A stretch of 64,000 bases of DNA from assembly GCA_963740085.1 (NCBI GenBank), contig CAVUCU010000001.1, forward strand, positions 1,120,001 through 1,184,000, in the 5' to 3' direction. Under the pieces are notes generated by a model, which made no database searches, was not told where the DNA came from, and saw only the letters and a program-made list of their open reading frames with translations. Below, piece after piece: positions 20,608-31,214 of this stretch. Origin of the DNA: Nitrospirota bacterium (lineage in GTDB: Bacteria > Nitrospirota > UBA9217). The stretch's first letter is position 1. Each line of letters opens with the position of its first letter. The translations under genes were made by a program, and so were the position numbers.

Positions 20608-22581
20608 GTGATGAAAGGCTTCAACCGCTTTCTCCTTCAATTCCGTCAAGATGTAAAGCAATGGCTTTTCTTCATGCTTTACCTGTCTTTCTTCCGCGTC
20701 TCTTTCATCCTCTATTTCAGAAGCAGGATCGAGCCCGCCACCGGCCTCTCCGATGTTGTGATGACAGCGCTGAACGGGCTGCGCTACGACTCCATGGTCT
20801 CCACCTGGTGGCTCCTGGTCCCTTTCCTGGCAAGCATCGCAGCCGGCTTCGCGAACTTCGACCGCCTCGCTGAACGCATCCGAACAGCCTTTGGCGCCCT
20901 TTTTATTCTCCTGACATCCATCGCCTGGGTCTTCACCTTCGTCTACTTCAAGGAATACAACGAGCAGTTCAACTACTTTATCTTCAACCTGTATTACGAC
21001 GACACAAAAGCGATCATGCAGACGATCTGGGCTGATTACCATCCCATTCCTGTGCTGATCATCATCAGCGTCATCTCGGTCATCGCGCTCTCGATAAGGA
21101 AGCGCTTCGTGCGGAACAGTATCGTCTCAAGGGAAACCGTTGCGCGTCCATTTTCACCGGTGTCCCGTGTCCTGGTGAGCCTGCTCATCCTCTCACTGCT
21201 CGTCGTGGCAGCTCGCGGTTCGATCGGACGCCGTCCGGCGCAGCGCAAGGACGCTGGCATCAGCAGGGACGCGTTCCTGAACAAGGCGGTGGTGAACCCT
21301 TATTTTTCGCTGCTCTTTGCCGTTCAGGACCACGTTCTTCAGACCGGCCTGGCAGGACTCGAACAATTCCTGCCTGACCGCAATGTGAGAAAAGCCGCTC
21401 AGGAACTGTTCCATGATCCGCGGTCCTTCGACAACCTCGATGCCTATCTGGAAAAGCACGCGAAGGGGCCGAAGGCCGTGCCGCCGCGCCATATTTTTCT
21501 GGTCGTCATGGAGAGCTACGATGCCTGGCCCTTCATCAAGAAGTACGCGTCCCTCGGCCTGACGGAAAATCTCTCCCGTCTCGCGAAGAACGGCATTTTC
21601 ATCGAGAACTTCGTGCCGGCCTCCGACGGGACCATGCAGTCGCTCACCGCGATCATAACGAGCATCCCCTATTCTCACGTTGAGATCAATTATCAGTTCA
21701 CGGCCCGAAGGCCTTATCCGTCGTCGCTGTTCGAGACGTTCAAGCGTCTCGGTTACCGTACGAGGCTGTTCTATGGAGGATATTTGAGCTGGCAGCGGTT
21801 CGGGGATTTCGCGAAGGACCAGGGTGCGGAGGAGATCTACGGGGCGCCGCATATGAGCACGGGCGCTGCAACCCACGAATGGGGCGTGGATGACGAATAT
21901 CTGCTCAACTTCGTCGCGAACACGGTGGATGACAGCCGGCCGAGCTTCAACATCATCATGACGACAAGCTACCACCCGCCCTATAATGTGGATGTGTGGG
22001 GCAAGGGATTTCCGTTGAAGCAGGTACCGCCCGATATCGCGCCGCTGTTCGACAATACCACAAGCCTCAGGATGCTCGGCCACTTGTGGTATTCGGACAA
22101 ATGTCTCGGCGACTTTGTGAAGAAGATCGAGAACAAGCTGCACCGTCCGCTCTTCGCCTTCACGGGCGACCATTTCGGCCGCAAGTTCATCAATGCGAGG
22201 CCGGAATTCTTCGAGCGCTCGGGGGTGCCGTTCATCTTATACGGGAGGGACGTGCTCAACGGGATCGCTGTGCCGCAGGGCGTTGCGGGCTCCCATATCG
22301 ACATCGGACCTACTCTCGTCGAGCTCGCGGCGCCAAAAGGGTTTACCTACTATTCGGTCGGACAAGACCTTCTCGCCCCGAGGAAAGAGTTTTTAGGCAT
22401 CGGCTGGTTCCGGGTAATCGGGAAGGATTTCATCCTCGATGTGTCGGGGGCTCCGCGGTTCTATCCGCTCCCGGGCAAAGCACTGCCAAAAAATCTGCCT
22501 GACATGAGTGCGTTGAAAGCGACGTTTGACCGCGCGTACGGCATCGGATGGTGGCGGGTGAGAAAAGGGGAAAAGCTGTAA
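20608..22581 (+). CDS. LTA synthase / phosphoglycerol transferase family sulfatase-like membrane protein
   Basis: N-terminal transmembrane helices with GLRYD; VVMES, WGVDD, TTSYHPPY and TGDH motifs. Confidence 0.88.
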   Translation: MMKGFNRFLLQFRQDVKQWLFFMLYLSFFRVSFILYFRSRIEPATGLSDVVMTALNGLRYDSMVSTWWLLVPFLASIAAGFANFDRLAERIRTAFGALFILLTSIAWVFTFVYFKEYNEQFNYFIFNLYYDDTKAIMQTIWADYHPIPVLIIISVISVIALSIRKRFVRNSIVSRETVARPFSPVSRVLVSLLILSLLVVAARGSIGRRPAQRKDAGISRDAFLNKAVVNPYFSLLFAVQDHVLQTGLAGLEQFLPDRNVRKAAQELFHDPRSFDNLDAYLEKHAKGPKAVPPRHIFLVVMESYDAWPFIKKYASLGLTENLSRLAKNGIFIENFVPASDGTMQSLTAIITSIPYSHVEINYQFTARRPYPSSLFETFKRLGYRTRLFYGGYLSWQRFGDFAKDQGAEEIYGAPHMSTGAATHEWGVDDEYLLNFVANTVDDSRPSFNIIMTTSYHPPYNVDVWGKGFPLKQVPPDIAPLFDNTTSLRMLGHLWYSDKCLGDFVKKIENKLHRPLFAFTGDHFGRKFINARPEFFERSGVPFILYGRDVLNGIAVPQGVAGSHIDIGPTLVELAAPKGFTYYSVGQDLLAPRKEFLGIGWFRVIGKDFILDVSGAPRFYPLPGKALPKNLPDMSALKATFDRAYGIGWWRVRKGEKL

Positions 22582-22625
22582 GGGCGGCACCCGAACCTTC
22601 GCGATAAAAACCTGTCCGTTCCCTT

Positions 22626-23162
22626 CTATTTCCCCGAAGTCAATTCCTTGATCGTTTGCTTTATCGTAACCGCATCGGGCGCATTGGGCGCTAATTCAAG
22701 ATACCGGTTCAACTCTTTTACGGCCTCCGGCTTCTTGTGCAGGTCAAACGCCAGCACCACGCCGAGATTGCGGTGTCCATTGGGGAAGTTGGGGTCGATC
22801 TTGAGCGCCTTGCGGTACTGCTCAACCGCCTGGTCAAACTTGCGTACCCCGCGATAGCAGGTCCCCTGGTCCACCAGCACGTTCACATTCTTCGGCTCAA
22901 GGGCGAGGGCCTTCCCATAAGCATCGATGGCCTCGGCGAAGCGCTGCGAATCCATCAAGGCGTTGCCGAGATCGGTCCAGGCCTGTGCGTTCTTCGGCGC
23001 CATCTTTGCCGCCTGCGCCATCTGGTCGATCTGAAGCTGCGCCGGCGGCGGCACCGCAGGCGCATACGTTATCTGCTGCTGCTGCTTCTGCTCCTGCTTC
23101 TGACATCCGAAGGCCACCAGCATCACCAACAACACAACCGCTACTATAACGATCTTTTTCAT
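22626..23162 (-). CDS. TPR lipoprotein
   Basis: Lipobox AFGC; TPRs (AWTDLGNALM..., A.EQYRKALKIDP). Confidence 0.85.
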   Translation of the reverse strand: MKKIVIVAVVLLVMLVAFGCQKQEQKQQQQITYAPAVPPPAQLQIDQMAQAAKMAPKNAQAWTDLGNALMDSQRFAEAIDAYGKALALEPKNVNVLVDQGTCYRGVRKFDQAVEQYRKALKIDPNFPNGHRNLGVVLAFDLHKKPEAVKELNRYLELAPNAPDAVTIKQTIKELTSGK

Positions 23163-23248
23163 GATTCCTCCTTAAGAGAGATGACAGACGAAGGACCGAT
23201 GCTTATCGTTAAGCCGGTCTTCCGCCTTCAGCCTTCCACCTTCTGTAC

Positions 23249-23566
23249 TTACCTTTTAATGAACGAACAGCAGTAATCGCTCAGTCTTTTTACTTTCATC
23301 GTGAACTTGGAATTGGGGGCCACTGCAAAGGACCCGCCGTCCTTGACCGGCATCCAGTTCTTCTCGCCCGGCAGGAGCACCTCAAGATCGCCGGACATGA
23401 TCTCCATGATCTCCTTGTCGGACGTGTTGAACTCGTACACACCGGGCAGCATCACGCCGAGGGTCTTCTTGGAGCCGTCGGGAAAGACCACCGTCCTGCT
23501 GGTCACCTTGCCGTCGAAATAGATGTTCGCCTTTTTGACCACGGTAACGTTCTTGAATTCTGACAT
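23249..23566 (-). CDS. ppnP: Pyrimidine/purine nucleoside phosphorylase (DUF1255)
   Basis: [31 protein letters not shown] and DYCCS motifs. Confidence 0.93.
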   Translation of the reverse strand: MSEFKNVTVVKKANIYFDGKVTSRTVVFPDGSKKTLGVMLPGVYEFNTSDKEIMEIMSGDLEVLLPGEKNWMPVKDGGSFAVAPNSKFTMKVKRLSDYCCSFIKR

Positions 23567-23587
23567 TTTTCACCTCCAAAAGTATCC

Positions 23588-23678
23588 GTAATGAGTGAAA
23601 AGTGATGCGTGAGGCGAAACGTCTCTTCGATGGCTTACTCCTTACCCCTCACACTTCACCCTTCACACTTCACGGCTT
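23588..23678. repeat. Degenerate heptamer inverted tracts
   Basis: gtaatga-gtgaaaa-gtgatgc-gtgaggc ... cttaccc-ctcacac-ttcaccc-ttcacac-ttcacgg. Confidence 0.6.
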
Positions 23679-23680
23679 CT

Positions 23681-25375
23681 CTATCTCGTCAAATGCCGGT
23701 ACTTGATCCGGTGGGGCTGGTCCGCGTCGGCGCCAAGCCGTTTCTTCCGGTCTTCCTCATACTCCGAATAGTTCCCGTCAAAGAAAACCACCTTGCTCTC
23801 GCCTTCGAAGGCAAGCATGTGCGTCGCGATCCTGTCGAGGAACCAGCGGTCGTGGCTGATCACCACGGCGCAGCCCGCGAAGTTCTCGAGCCCCTCCTCG
23901 AGCGCCCGCATGGTGTTCACGTCGATGTCGTTCGTGGGCTCGTCGAGCAGCAGCACGTTCGCCTCCTCCTTCAGGACCCGCGCGAGGTGCACCCGGTTCC
24001 GCTCCCCGCCCGAGAGCACGCCGACCTTCTTCTGCTGGTCGGTGCCCCCGAAGTTGAAGCGCGACACATAGGCGCGGGAGTTCATCAAAAGCTTGCCGAG
24101 CTGGACCTGCTCCTGGCCGCCGGTGATCACCTCCCAGATGGTCTTGTTCGGGTCGAGCACGTCGCGGCTCTGGTCAACATACCCGAGCTTCACGGTCTCG
24201 CCGACCCTGATCGTGCCGGTGTCCGGCTTGTCCTGGCCCGTGATCATGCGGAAGAGCGTGGTCTTGCCCGCTCCGTTCGGCCCGATCACGCCCACAATGC
24301 CGCCCGGCGGGAGCATGAAGCTCATGCCCTCGACGAGGATGTTGTCACCGTAGGCCTTGGTCACGTTCTCGGCCTCGATCACCACCTTGCCGAGCCGCGG
24401 TCCCGGGGGTATGTAGATCTCCAGTTCCTTGCCGCGCGCCTCCGTCTGCTGGCGAAGCAGCTCTTCGTAGGACGTTATGCGCGCCTTTGATTTCGCATGC
24501 CTGCCCTTGGGCGACATCCTGATCCACTCGAGTTCGCGCTGGAGCGTCTTCTGGCGTTCGCTCTCGGACTTCTCCTCGAGCTTCAGCCGGGTTCCCTTCT
24601 GTTCCAGCCAGGAAGAGTAGTTGCCCTTCCACGGGATGCCCTGGCCGCGGTCGAGTTCGAGGATCCAGCCTGCAACGTTATCAAGGAAGTAGCGGTCGTG
24701 GGTCACGGCAATGACCGTGCCCTCGTATTTCTGGAGATGGTGCTCGAGCCAGGCAACGGATTCAGCATCGAGATGGTTCGTGGGCTCGTCGAGAAGAAGG
24801 ATGTCCGGCTTCTGGAGCAGCAGTCTGCAGAGCGCCACGCGCCGCTTCTCGCCGCCGGAAAGCACCTTCACCACCGTATCGCCGGGCGGGCAGCGCAGGG
24901 CGTCCATGGCCATCTCGAGCCTGCTGTCCAGCTCCCAGGCGTTCAGATGGTCGAGCTTTTCCTGCACCTTGCCCTGGCGTTCGATGAGCTTGTTCATCTC
25001 ATCATCAGACATGGGATCGGCGAAGCTCTCGTTGATCTTGTTGTACTCGTTCATCAGGTTTACGGAGTCCTGCACACCCTCCTCAACGACCTGACGCACG
25101 GTCTTCGCGGGGTCGAGCTTCGGCTCCTGTTCGAGAATGCCGACCGTATAGCCCGAGGCGACAACGACCTCTCCGACGAACTCCTTGTCCAAGCCGGCCA
25201 TGATCCGGAGAAGCGAGCTCTTGCCCGATCCGTTCAGGCCGAGCACGCCGATCTTGGCGCCGTAGAAGTAGGAAAGGTAGATGTCCTTCAGCACCGGCTT
25301 CTTGTCGTAGAACTTGCCCACCCCCACCATGGAGTAGATGATCTTGTTCGGTTCAGCTGCCATAGGCGTTTTCAT
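23681..25375 (-). CDS. ettA: Energy-dependent translational throttle protein EttA
   Basis: [34 protein letters not shown] and HRIKYR motifs. Confidence 0.97.
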   Translation of the reverse strand: MKTPMAAEPNKIIYSMVGVGKFYDKKPVLKDIYLSYFYGAKIGVLGLNGSGKSSLLRIMAGLDKEFVGEVVVASGYTVGILEQEPKLDPAKTVRQVVEEGVQDSVNLMNEYNKINESFADPMSDDEMNKLIERQGKVQEKLDHLNAWELDSRLEMAMDALRCPPGDTVVKVLSGGEKRRVALCRLLLQKPDILLLDEPTNHLDAESVAWLEHHLQKYEGTVIAVTHDRYFLDNVAGWILELDRGQGIPWKGNYSSWLEQKGTRLKLEEKSESERQKTLQRELEWIRMSPKGRHAKSKARITSYEELLRQQTEARGKELEIYIPPGPRLGKVVIEAENVTKAYGDNILVEGMSFMLPPGGIVGVIGPNGAGKTTLFRMITGQDKPDTGTIRVGETVKLGYVDQSRDVLDPNKTIWEVITGGQEQVQLGKLLMNSRAYVSRFNFGGTDQQKKVGVLSGGERNRVHLARVLKEEANVLLLDEPTNDIDVNTMRALEEGLENFAGCAVVISHDRWFLDRIATHMLAFEGESKVVFFDGNYSEYEEDRKKRLGADADQPHRIKYRHLTR

Positions 25376-25441
25376 TCCTTCCGGGAAAATAGTAAGGTCT
25401 TTTGTACACTGTATGATGGGTGCATGTCAATAATAAAAAAG

Positions 25442-26012
25442 GTTCTTCTGCCTTTTCTGTGGGTCTCTTAATTACGGGTATCGCTTTTTATTCTTCATGA
25501 ACAATCTGTTTCCCGAATGTTATCTAAGTTGGCCATTGTCCCAGGTGTGCATGGATTTTTTTGGGCAGCTCATCACTCGGCCGCGCAGCATGCCGGGAAG
25601 ATGTACAGCACCTCCACCCTGATATGCAGGACTCGCATCACTCCACCCTCGCCCTTTAAAAAAGGGCTCGGCCGTGTCTGCCTTGTCTTGTTCTGGTAAC
25701 TATGATCTGTGCTGCATTGCTCTGCGCGGCTTTCGCTCAGAGCTACCCGGCGCAGGGGAACGGCAGAACTCTTTGCCTTTCCAGAAGCCCCTGCATCCCA
25801 TGAACAGGTTCGCGCACAAGCATGCCAAGGGAGAAAAGACCGAAGTTGCCACAAAGCCAGGCAGACACACCGTGCTCTTGCGATAACGCGGGTGCAGGCG
25901 GCCAATCTAAGGGAAGTGCTGCGACACTCGAAAGGCTTATTATCAATACCGGCAATCATGCCCTGCGCGGAGCTGTGAACTGGGGTGCAGAATAAAATAG
26001 GACCGCGACATG
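25442..26012. ncRNA. Copy 1 of a repeated non-coding structured element (candidate ncRNA or MITE)
   Basis: Colinear and highly similar to about 55223-55855; compensatory base changes in stems; no credible ORF. Confidence 0.6.
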
Positions 26013-26077
26013 ATAAAAAAGGCACGGCACGATGGTGAGCCTGAGAGAACTATACGGTGAAGGTCTTTGCGCAGGTA

Positions 26078-26263
26078 TCATATCCCATGGCAGGCGGAAC
26101 AGAGGTCCGGCAGGCGAAGCTTACCCTTGGTGTCGGCTCCTTTTGCCGCTGCATTATGCTGGATGACTCCCTCCTGGTGCGGGTTGTGACAGGTGGAGCA
26201 GGTAACACGCCCGCGCGGCACGATCGGCAGGATGACAGAGAGCCTTTCTTCGGCTTTATTCAT
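26078..26263 (-). pseudogene. C-terminal fragment of a multiheme cytochrome c
   Basis: CSTCHNPH and CSACH; no signal peptide or upstream part found. Confidence 0.6.
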
Positions 26264-26284
26264 ATTGTTGAAGGTGCACGCGCT

Positions 26285-27211
26285 CTAAGCCTTCAGCATC
26301 TCCTCGATCGTTATCTGCACCGAATCGCAGAGCGAGGGAAGATCGTAGCCGCCTTCGAGCACGAATATCACCGGACAGGAAGCGCAGGAACAGGAATCCA
26401 GGATGCTCCGGACGATCGCGCGGATGCCTTCATGCGTGACACGAATGTTCGCGTGGGTGTCGTTCACATGGATGTCGTAGCCGGCGGACACGAGGATCAT
26501 GTCCGGATTGACCTGTCGAACAATGCTGGGAAGGATATTTTGATAGACATAGATATAATCTTTATCGCCCGACCCCGCCAATATCGGCATATTGTACGTG
26601 AAACCCGCGCCCTTGCCCCTGCCCCGCTCCATGTCCTTGCCCGAACCGGGATAGTAGGGGTACTGGTGCGTGCTGAAATAAAAAACGGCATCATCCTCTT
26701 CGAAGATGTGCTGCGTTCCGTTCCCATGGTGGGCGTCGAAGTCGATGATGAACACGCGCTCATACCCCTGGGCCAGGGCATACCGGGCGCCGATCGCGAC
26801 ATTGTTGAAGATGCAGAACCCCATGCCCCGGTCCGCCTCGGCGTGGTGCCCGGGAGGCCGTATTGCGCAGAACGCGCGCTCGATGGTTCCCTTCAGGCAT
26901 TGGTCCACCGCCTCCATGACCGCGCCCGCGGCATGGAGCGCCGCCTCAAGCGTTCCCGGAGACAGATACGTGTCCGGATCCAGCTCTCCTGCTCCGAAGT
27001 TTTTGATCTTCTCAATGTACTCGCGCGTATGCACGCGGGCGAGGTCCTCAATGCCGGCCCGGCGCGGCTTCAGGAGGATCAGGTCGGGCCAGAAGCGGGA
27101 GGTTTTAAGGATGGCGTGAATGGCCTCGAGCCGGTCTTTGGAGTCGGGATGCCACACCGGCGGCTCGTGTCGCAGGAAGACTTCATCGTAGACGAACCCG
27201 ACTCTTTTCAT
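26285..27211 (-). CDS. Histone deacetylase family protein (AcuC/AphA-like)
   Basis: RPPGHHA, GFCIFNNVA, DFDAHHGNGTQ, SAGYD and LEGGY motifs. Confidence 0.95.
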   Translation of the reverse strand: MKRVGFVYDEVFLRHEPPVWHPDSKDRLEAIHAILKTSRFWPDLILLKPRRAGIEDLARVHTREYIEKIKNFGAGELDPDTYLSPGTLEAALHAAGAVMEAVDQCLKGTIERAFCAIRPPGHHAEADRGMGFCIFNNVAIGARYALAQGYERVFIIDFDAHHGNGTQHIFEEDDAVFYFSTHQYPYYPGSGKDMERGRGKGAGFTYNMPILAGSGDKDYIYVYQNILPSIVRQVNPDMILVSAGYDIHVNDTHANIRVTHEGIRAIVRSILDSCSCASCPVIFVLEGGYDLPSLCDSVQITIEEMLKA

Positions 27212-27267
27212 AAAAGGATCTTACCCTCGCTTCAGGGCATTGCCGGAGCAACGGCGGAAACACCCGA

Positions 27268-27849
27268 TCAATAGTGGAAAGCCTGGAGATCCGCCTTCAT
27301 GCGCTCAACGGCGGCCCGGAGCGACGTTGCGGAAGGCAGGGACGGCTTCTCCCCGAGGGTTGACCTGACGAGTTCGTCAGCCGCGGCGGACAGCACCGCC
27401 TGCTGTTCCTTGAGACGGACGATTTTTTCACGGATTCCTCTCCGCATGCCGTCCAGCTCCTCGGCCAGCAATTGGAACTCTTCCTCTTTACTGAGACTGA
27501 CCTCGCTCGCCAGATCGCCGCCGCCAATTCTCATAATGTCCTTTTTGATGGAATAGAGCGGCGGGGAAAGCCTCTTCCAGAGAGAATTGATGGTAGTGGC
27601 CAGGATGGCGGCGAATACCAGCAATGAGATCACGTGAACGCCGACCGTGACCGGCAGCAGCAGTTCGCTCGTCGTTTTAATATCGATGTAGGATGAATAG
27701 CGTATTGCATCCAACCTTTTTCCCGCCAGGTAGGAAAACAGCATGATCGTGGCCGCCGCCCATATGGCTGCAACGGCGACAAATCTCAGGATAAAACGCG
27801 ATTGAAAATCTTTATCGATAAAATATTTTTTTCTGTTAATGGCCGGCAT
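27268..27849 (-). CDS. Short 2-TM HAMP-domain membrane protein
   Basis: RKKYFIDKDFQ N-terminus, two transmembrane helices, GDL...EF..LA HAMP pattern and coiled coil. Confidence 0.75.
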   Translation of the reverse strand: MPAINRKKYFIDKDFQSRFILRFVAVAAIWAAATIMLFSYLAGKRLDAIRYSSYIDIKTTSELLLPVTVGVHVISLLVFAAILATTINSLWKRLSPPLYSIKKDIMRIGGGDLASEVSLSKEEEFQLLAEELDGMRRGIREKIVRLKEQQAVLSAAADELVRSTLGEKPSLPSATSLRAAVERMKADLQAFHY

Positions 27850-27864
27850 GATTGGCTCCCGTAT

Positions 27865-28437
27865 TTATGTTCTCATCTCCGAAAGACTGCGCTCGATTTT
27901 TTTAACGTTATTCGACAGGTCTCCCGTTATCTGTTTGAGCGCAACCCCGTCCTTGTCCTGTTGGATGAGGTCGGACACTTTTTTCGACTGACTGTCAATG
28001 GCGGCAAGTGCGTCCCTGACCGCATGAATGCGGCCCCGGTATTGCGAGGCCATCTCATTCAGCAGGTCCGCCATGTCCGTAAGGTTGTCCTTCCGGCGAA
28101 ATTTGATATTGCCGGTCAGATCGCCCTGGGCGATCCTGGCTGCCTCCAGGCCGATACGGTAAGCCGGGCCGACTATGCGGTGGGAATAGACCAGATGAAG
28201 CGCCACCATCGCCAGAACGATGAGAACAGAGGTAACGGCATAGAGCATCGCAACTCTCCAGAACAGTACGTTCCCGATCTCGCGCACCTGGGCCTGTACG
28301 TTATGATAGCCTTCGCCAAGATCCGCAGGGAACGACCAGAACACGCCCCATCCGGTGATCACGGCGCCGAGCACTACGATCGCCAGCGAGTTAATAAAGA
28401 GAAACAACCGGTAATTTCTTCGGGTGGTGAGTCCCAT
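27865..28437 (-). CDS. Short 2-TM HAMP-domain membrane protein
   Basis: SHRIVGP.YR...GDL...FRRKD..D.A..LN HAMP pattern. Confidence 0.78.
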   Translation of the reverse strand: MGLTTRRNYRLFLFINSLAIVVLGAVITGWGVFWSFPADLGEGYHNVQAQVREIGNVLFWRVAMLYAVTSVLIVLAMVALHLVYSHRIVGPAYRIGLEAARIAQGDLTGNIKFRRKDNLTDMADLLNEMASQYRGRIHAVRDALAAIDSQSKKVSDLIQQDKDGVALKQITGDLSNNVKKIERSLSEMRT

Positions 28438-28678
28438 GGCACGCCTCCTGGTTCAGGATCACTTTCGTTCTTATACGGAATACTTTAACAAAAGTCTTCC
28501 AATAGTGCAAGGATCATTAACGTGAAATGAAAATGCGGCTTGCTTTGGTCCGGGTAACTTGATATCATTGGGATACGATCATGATGCTTTACCATGCATC
28601 AGCTGTGTTCAACATAACCGGACAGGAAGATGAATAGAATGAGCATGACATCGTTCGCTCGCAATTTTTAAGGAGCAC

Positions 28679-29822
28679 ATGGAGCATGGTTTTAGGTCAT
28701 ACGGTGTTTTTTTCATGGAGTCTTCCTTGTTCTTTGTCAGGTCCGCGCGGCAGAAGCCTTTCATTCCGGAGGGGCTGCGAGAGTGCAAGGAATGTCATGA
28801 AGACAACGAAGGGCTCTTTACGCGGATCCGATGCAAGCTCCACCTGTCTTCGTTGCCATCAGGCGCCGCAGGGTACGCGGGAGCCCATTGGCCATTATAT
28901 TGCAACCAATAGCGTCGATCTTGGGGCCGGTATGCCGCCCTCACAATTAACTCCTGGTGGAGACTTCGGCTATTTAAAGAAGAGCTACTTCTGGAAAACC
29001 GCGGGAACGACAGGGCGCAGCCCTGGTGAACGGCACGGCCATAACATTGTTGCGGACGACTATGGGTATATCGCAGACAGTAAGATGTTGAGCAAACCGG
29101 GAGAAGTCTATCCCAATGGCCGGCTTTCCTGTATCAGCTGCCATGATCCGCACGGAAAAATTTCGAACGGTGTATATCGCATGCTGGGGGGAATTGGCTA
29201 TAAAACAAGTTTAGTGCCGGGCATGGTTTTCAATGCCGATGCACCTGTCGCTGTTGCTCCACACGACTACAACAGGTCTGAGGCCGTTACGGACACGAGG
29301 GTCGCGTATGGCAAGGGGATGTCCGAATGGTGCTCAAATTGCCATACGAACGGATGTTCAGGCGCGTATGGACATCCTGTCTGCAACGGTGCCCGGTGCA
29401 CGACTGAGATCATCTCCAATTACGGCGCCTATGTGAAATCAGGTGATATCAATGGAAGAAGGGACGCTTCATATACTTCACTCGTTCCATTCGAAGAAGG
29501 GACCGACGACAGGTCGATGCTCGCACAGCATGCCCGATTCGACGGCAGCTATGCATCGGGTCCCGGGTATGGTTCCAATGTTATGTGCCTCACCTGTCAC
29601 AGGGCTCATGCATCATCCTGGGACCATATGACCCGATGGAACATGACTGCGACCTTTATCGTTTATAAAGGCGTTTACCCGGGAACCGATAATAGTTCAT
29701 CTGAGGAGTATGCTCAGGGTCGCACGGCTGCCGAGACGCAAAGAGCCTTCTATGACAGACCGCATACGCAGTTTGCTAGCTACCAGAGGGGTCTTTGCAA
29801 CAAGTGTCATATAAGAGACTGA
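28679..29822 (+). CDS. OmcS-family hexaheme cytochrome, paralog 4 (N-terminus broken by frameshifts)
   Basis: TPGGDFG, GERHGHNIVA, CISCHDPHG, TRVAYG.GMSEWC, CLTCHRAHAS and QR.LCNKCH. AEAFHSGGAA and ECKECH are readable in shifted frames near 28750-28800. Confidence 0.85.
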
Positions 29823-29889
29823 GGTGCCCTCAACTCATCGCATTCGTCGGATATCTTCTTCGAGACCCCTCATTCCCGCTCATCGCGTC

Positions 29890-30165
29890 TTATCGGGTTG
29901 TGCCGCTCCCTATCTCGACCGGTTGTGTGTGGCAGCGCTGACAATCCAGCAAGGGAAATGCGACCTTGTCATGGCAAACGCCGCAGTATTGACCGTTGAC
30001 AATCTGAAACAGGGTATACTTCGTTGCGCCCTTCTTCACGTTGGGAAATATCTCCGGGTGGCAGACCTCGCAGCCGTTCCGGACAGCGTGTTTCTTATGC
30101 GAAAAAAGCACCCTGTCCATCCAGGGTGCTTTTAAATCTATCAGAAAGTCCTTTTGCGGTTTCAA
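29890..30165 (-). pseudogene. c7-type triheme cytochrome domain, probably a truncated gene
   Basis: FSHKKH, CEVCH, CGVCH..VAFPL and CQRCH; no signal peptide upstream. Confidence 0.6.
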
Positions 30166-30301
30166 GTGTGGCCGCAGAGTGTTGTTCAGCAGCCTGTCAG
30201 ATGAACGATGATATCCGGAGCGGTGGTTTTTTTACCTCTCTGTGCCGGGGGATGCGCCTCGCACCACGACCACGAGCCGGCATGCTTTGTTGAAAAGGGC
30301 G

Positions 30302-31207
30302 CTATTCAGCGATCTCATATATCTGGACGCGGTTATTGCCCCTGTCCGCGACAAAAAACTCTCCCTCATCATTGATACAGGCTTGCGACGGATAGCGGAG
30401 CAGGCCTTCCTTCCATCCCATGGCCATCTGCCGCCCCTGGAATGTTCCATCCTGGCCGATAATGACGATGTCCCCGCCGGTCTGGTCAACAAGGTAAATG
30501 GTCCCCTTCTTGTCCGTGGTGATGCTGGTCGGGAAGTACACGGTATCTTTCATGCTTTGCGTCAAAGGGGTAAATTTTTTGGCATCCTTGGGAGCGGAAT
30601 AGACAACGGATTCAACGCTGTCGATCAGCAGGACCGTTTCCCTGGGATCAACCGCAAGGTCGGAAATGAACCCGTAATTGTCCGGGAAGGCGATGTTTCT
30701 CAGGAATTTTCCTTCGGCATCAAGCACCACGACATTCGCCGAAAAAATATCCAGAACATACAGGTTGCCGTTCGCGGCTACCTTGAAGCTCCGAGGCACG
30801 ATCGGCGAGGAGCCGGGCATCCCGGACGGTTCAACGTATCCCTTGAACTCTCCCTCGGGACTCAGGCGCACGATACGCCGCTGTTTTTCATCAAGTGCCA
30901 GGATGTTCCCGCTGCCGTCGATCTGCAGTCTCACCGGATAGGTTAATTGCGGCACTTTCAAGTCCGGTCCGGCCACCAATGTCTTGTTCTGGAAGGAGTA
31001 TCGCACGAGCCTGCCGTTGCCCGTATCGGCCACCACAAATTGCGAGTCCTTGCCGCAGGCAACGCCCTCGGGCTTCTTGAATCCCTTTTGCTGCGAATCC
31101 TGATACACGCTCACGATATGCTGCAGCTTCACCACGGCGAATCCCGTCGAGCTCAGGATAAAAAGCGCGGTCAGCGTTGTCAGGGCGGTCCGAATGATCA
31201 TTCTCAT
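30302..31207 (-). CDS. Exported NHL-repeat beta-propeller protein (distal osc-cluster gene)
   Basis: Signal peptide; P.GVA...VADTGNGR and VADRGNNRVQ repeats. Confidence 0.88.
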   Translation of the reverse strand: MRMIIRTALTTLTALFILSSTGFAVVKLQHIVSVYQDSQQKGFKKPEGVACGKDSQFVVADTGNGRLVRYSFQNKTLVAGPDLKVPQLTYPVRLQIDGSGNILALDEKQRRIVRLSPEGEFKGYVEPSGMPGSSPIVPRSFKVAANGNLYVLDIFSANVVVLDAEGKFLRNIAFPDNYGFISDLAVDPRETVLLIDSVESVVYSAPKDAKKFTPLTQSMKDTVYFPTSITTDKKGTIYLVDQTGGDIVIIGQDGTFQGRQMAMGWKEGLLRYPSQACINDEGEFFVADRGNNRVQIYEIAE

Positions 31208-31214
31208 GATTGCA

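Noticed and set aside
25517-26025. Short ORFs inside the repeated element (also 55311-55984)
   Set aside because: Reading frames are not preserved between the two copies, whereas base pairing is.
26057-27274. 405-aa plus-strand ORF
   Set aside because: Antisense to the deacetylase gene and the cytochrome fragment, with no motifs.
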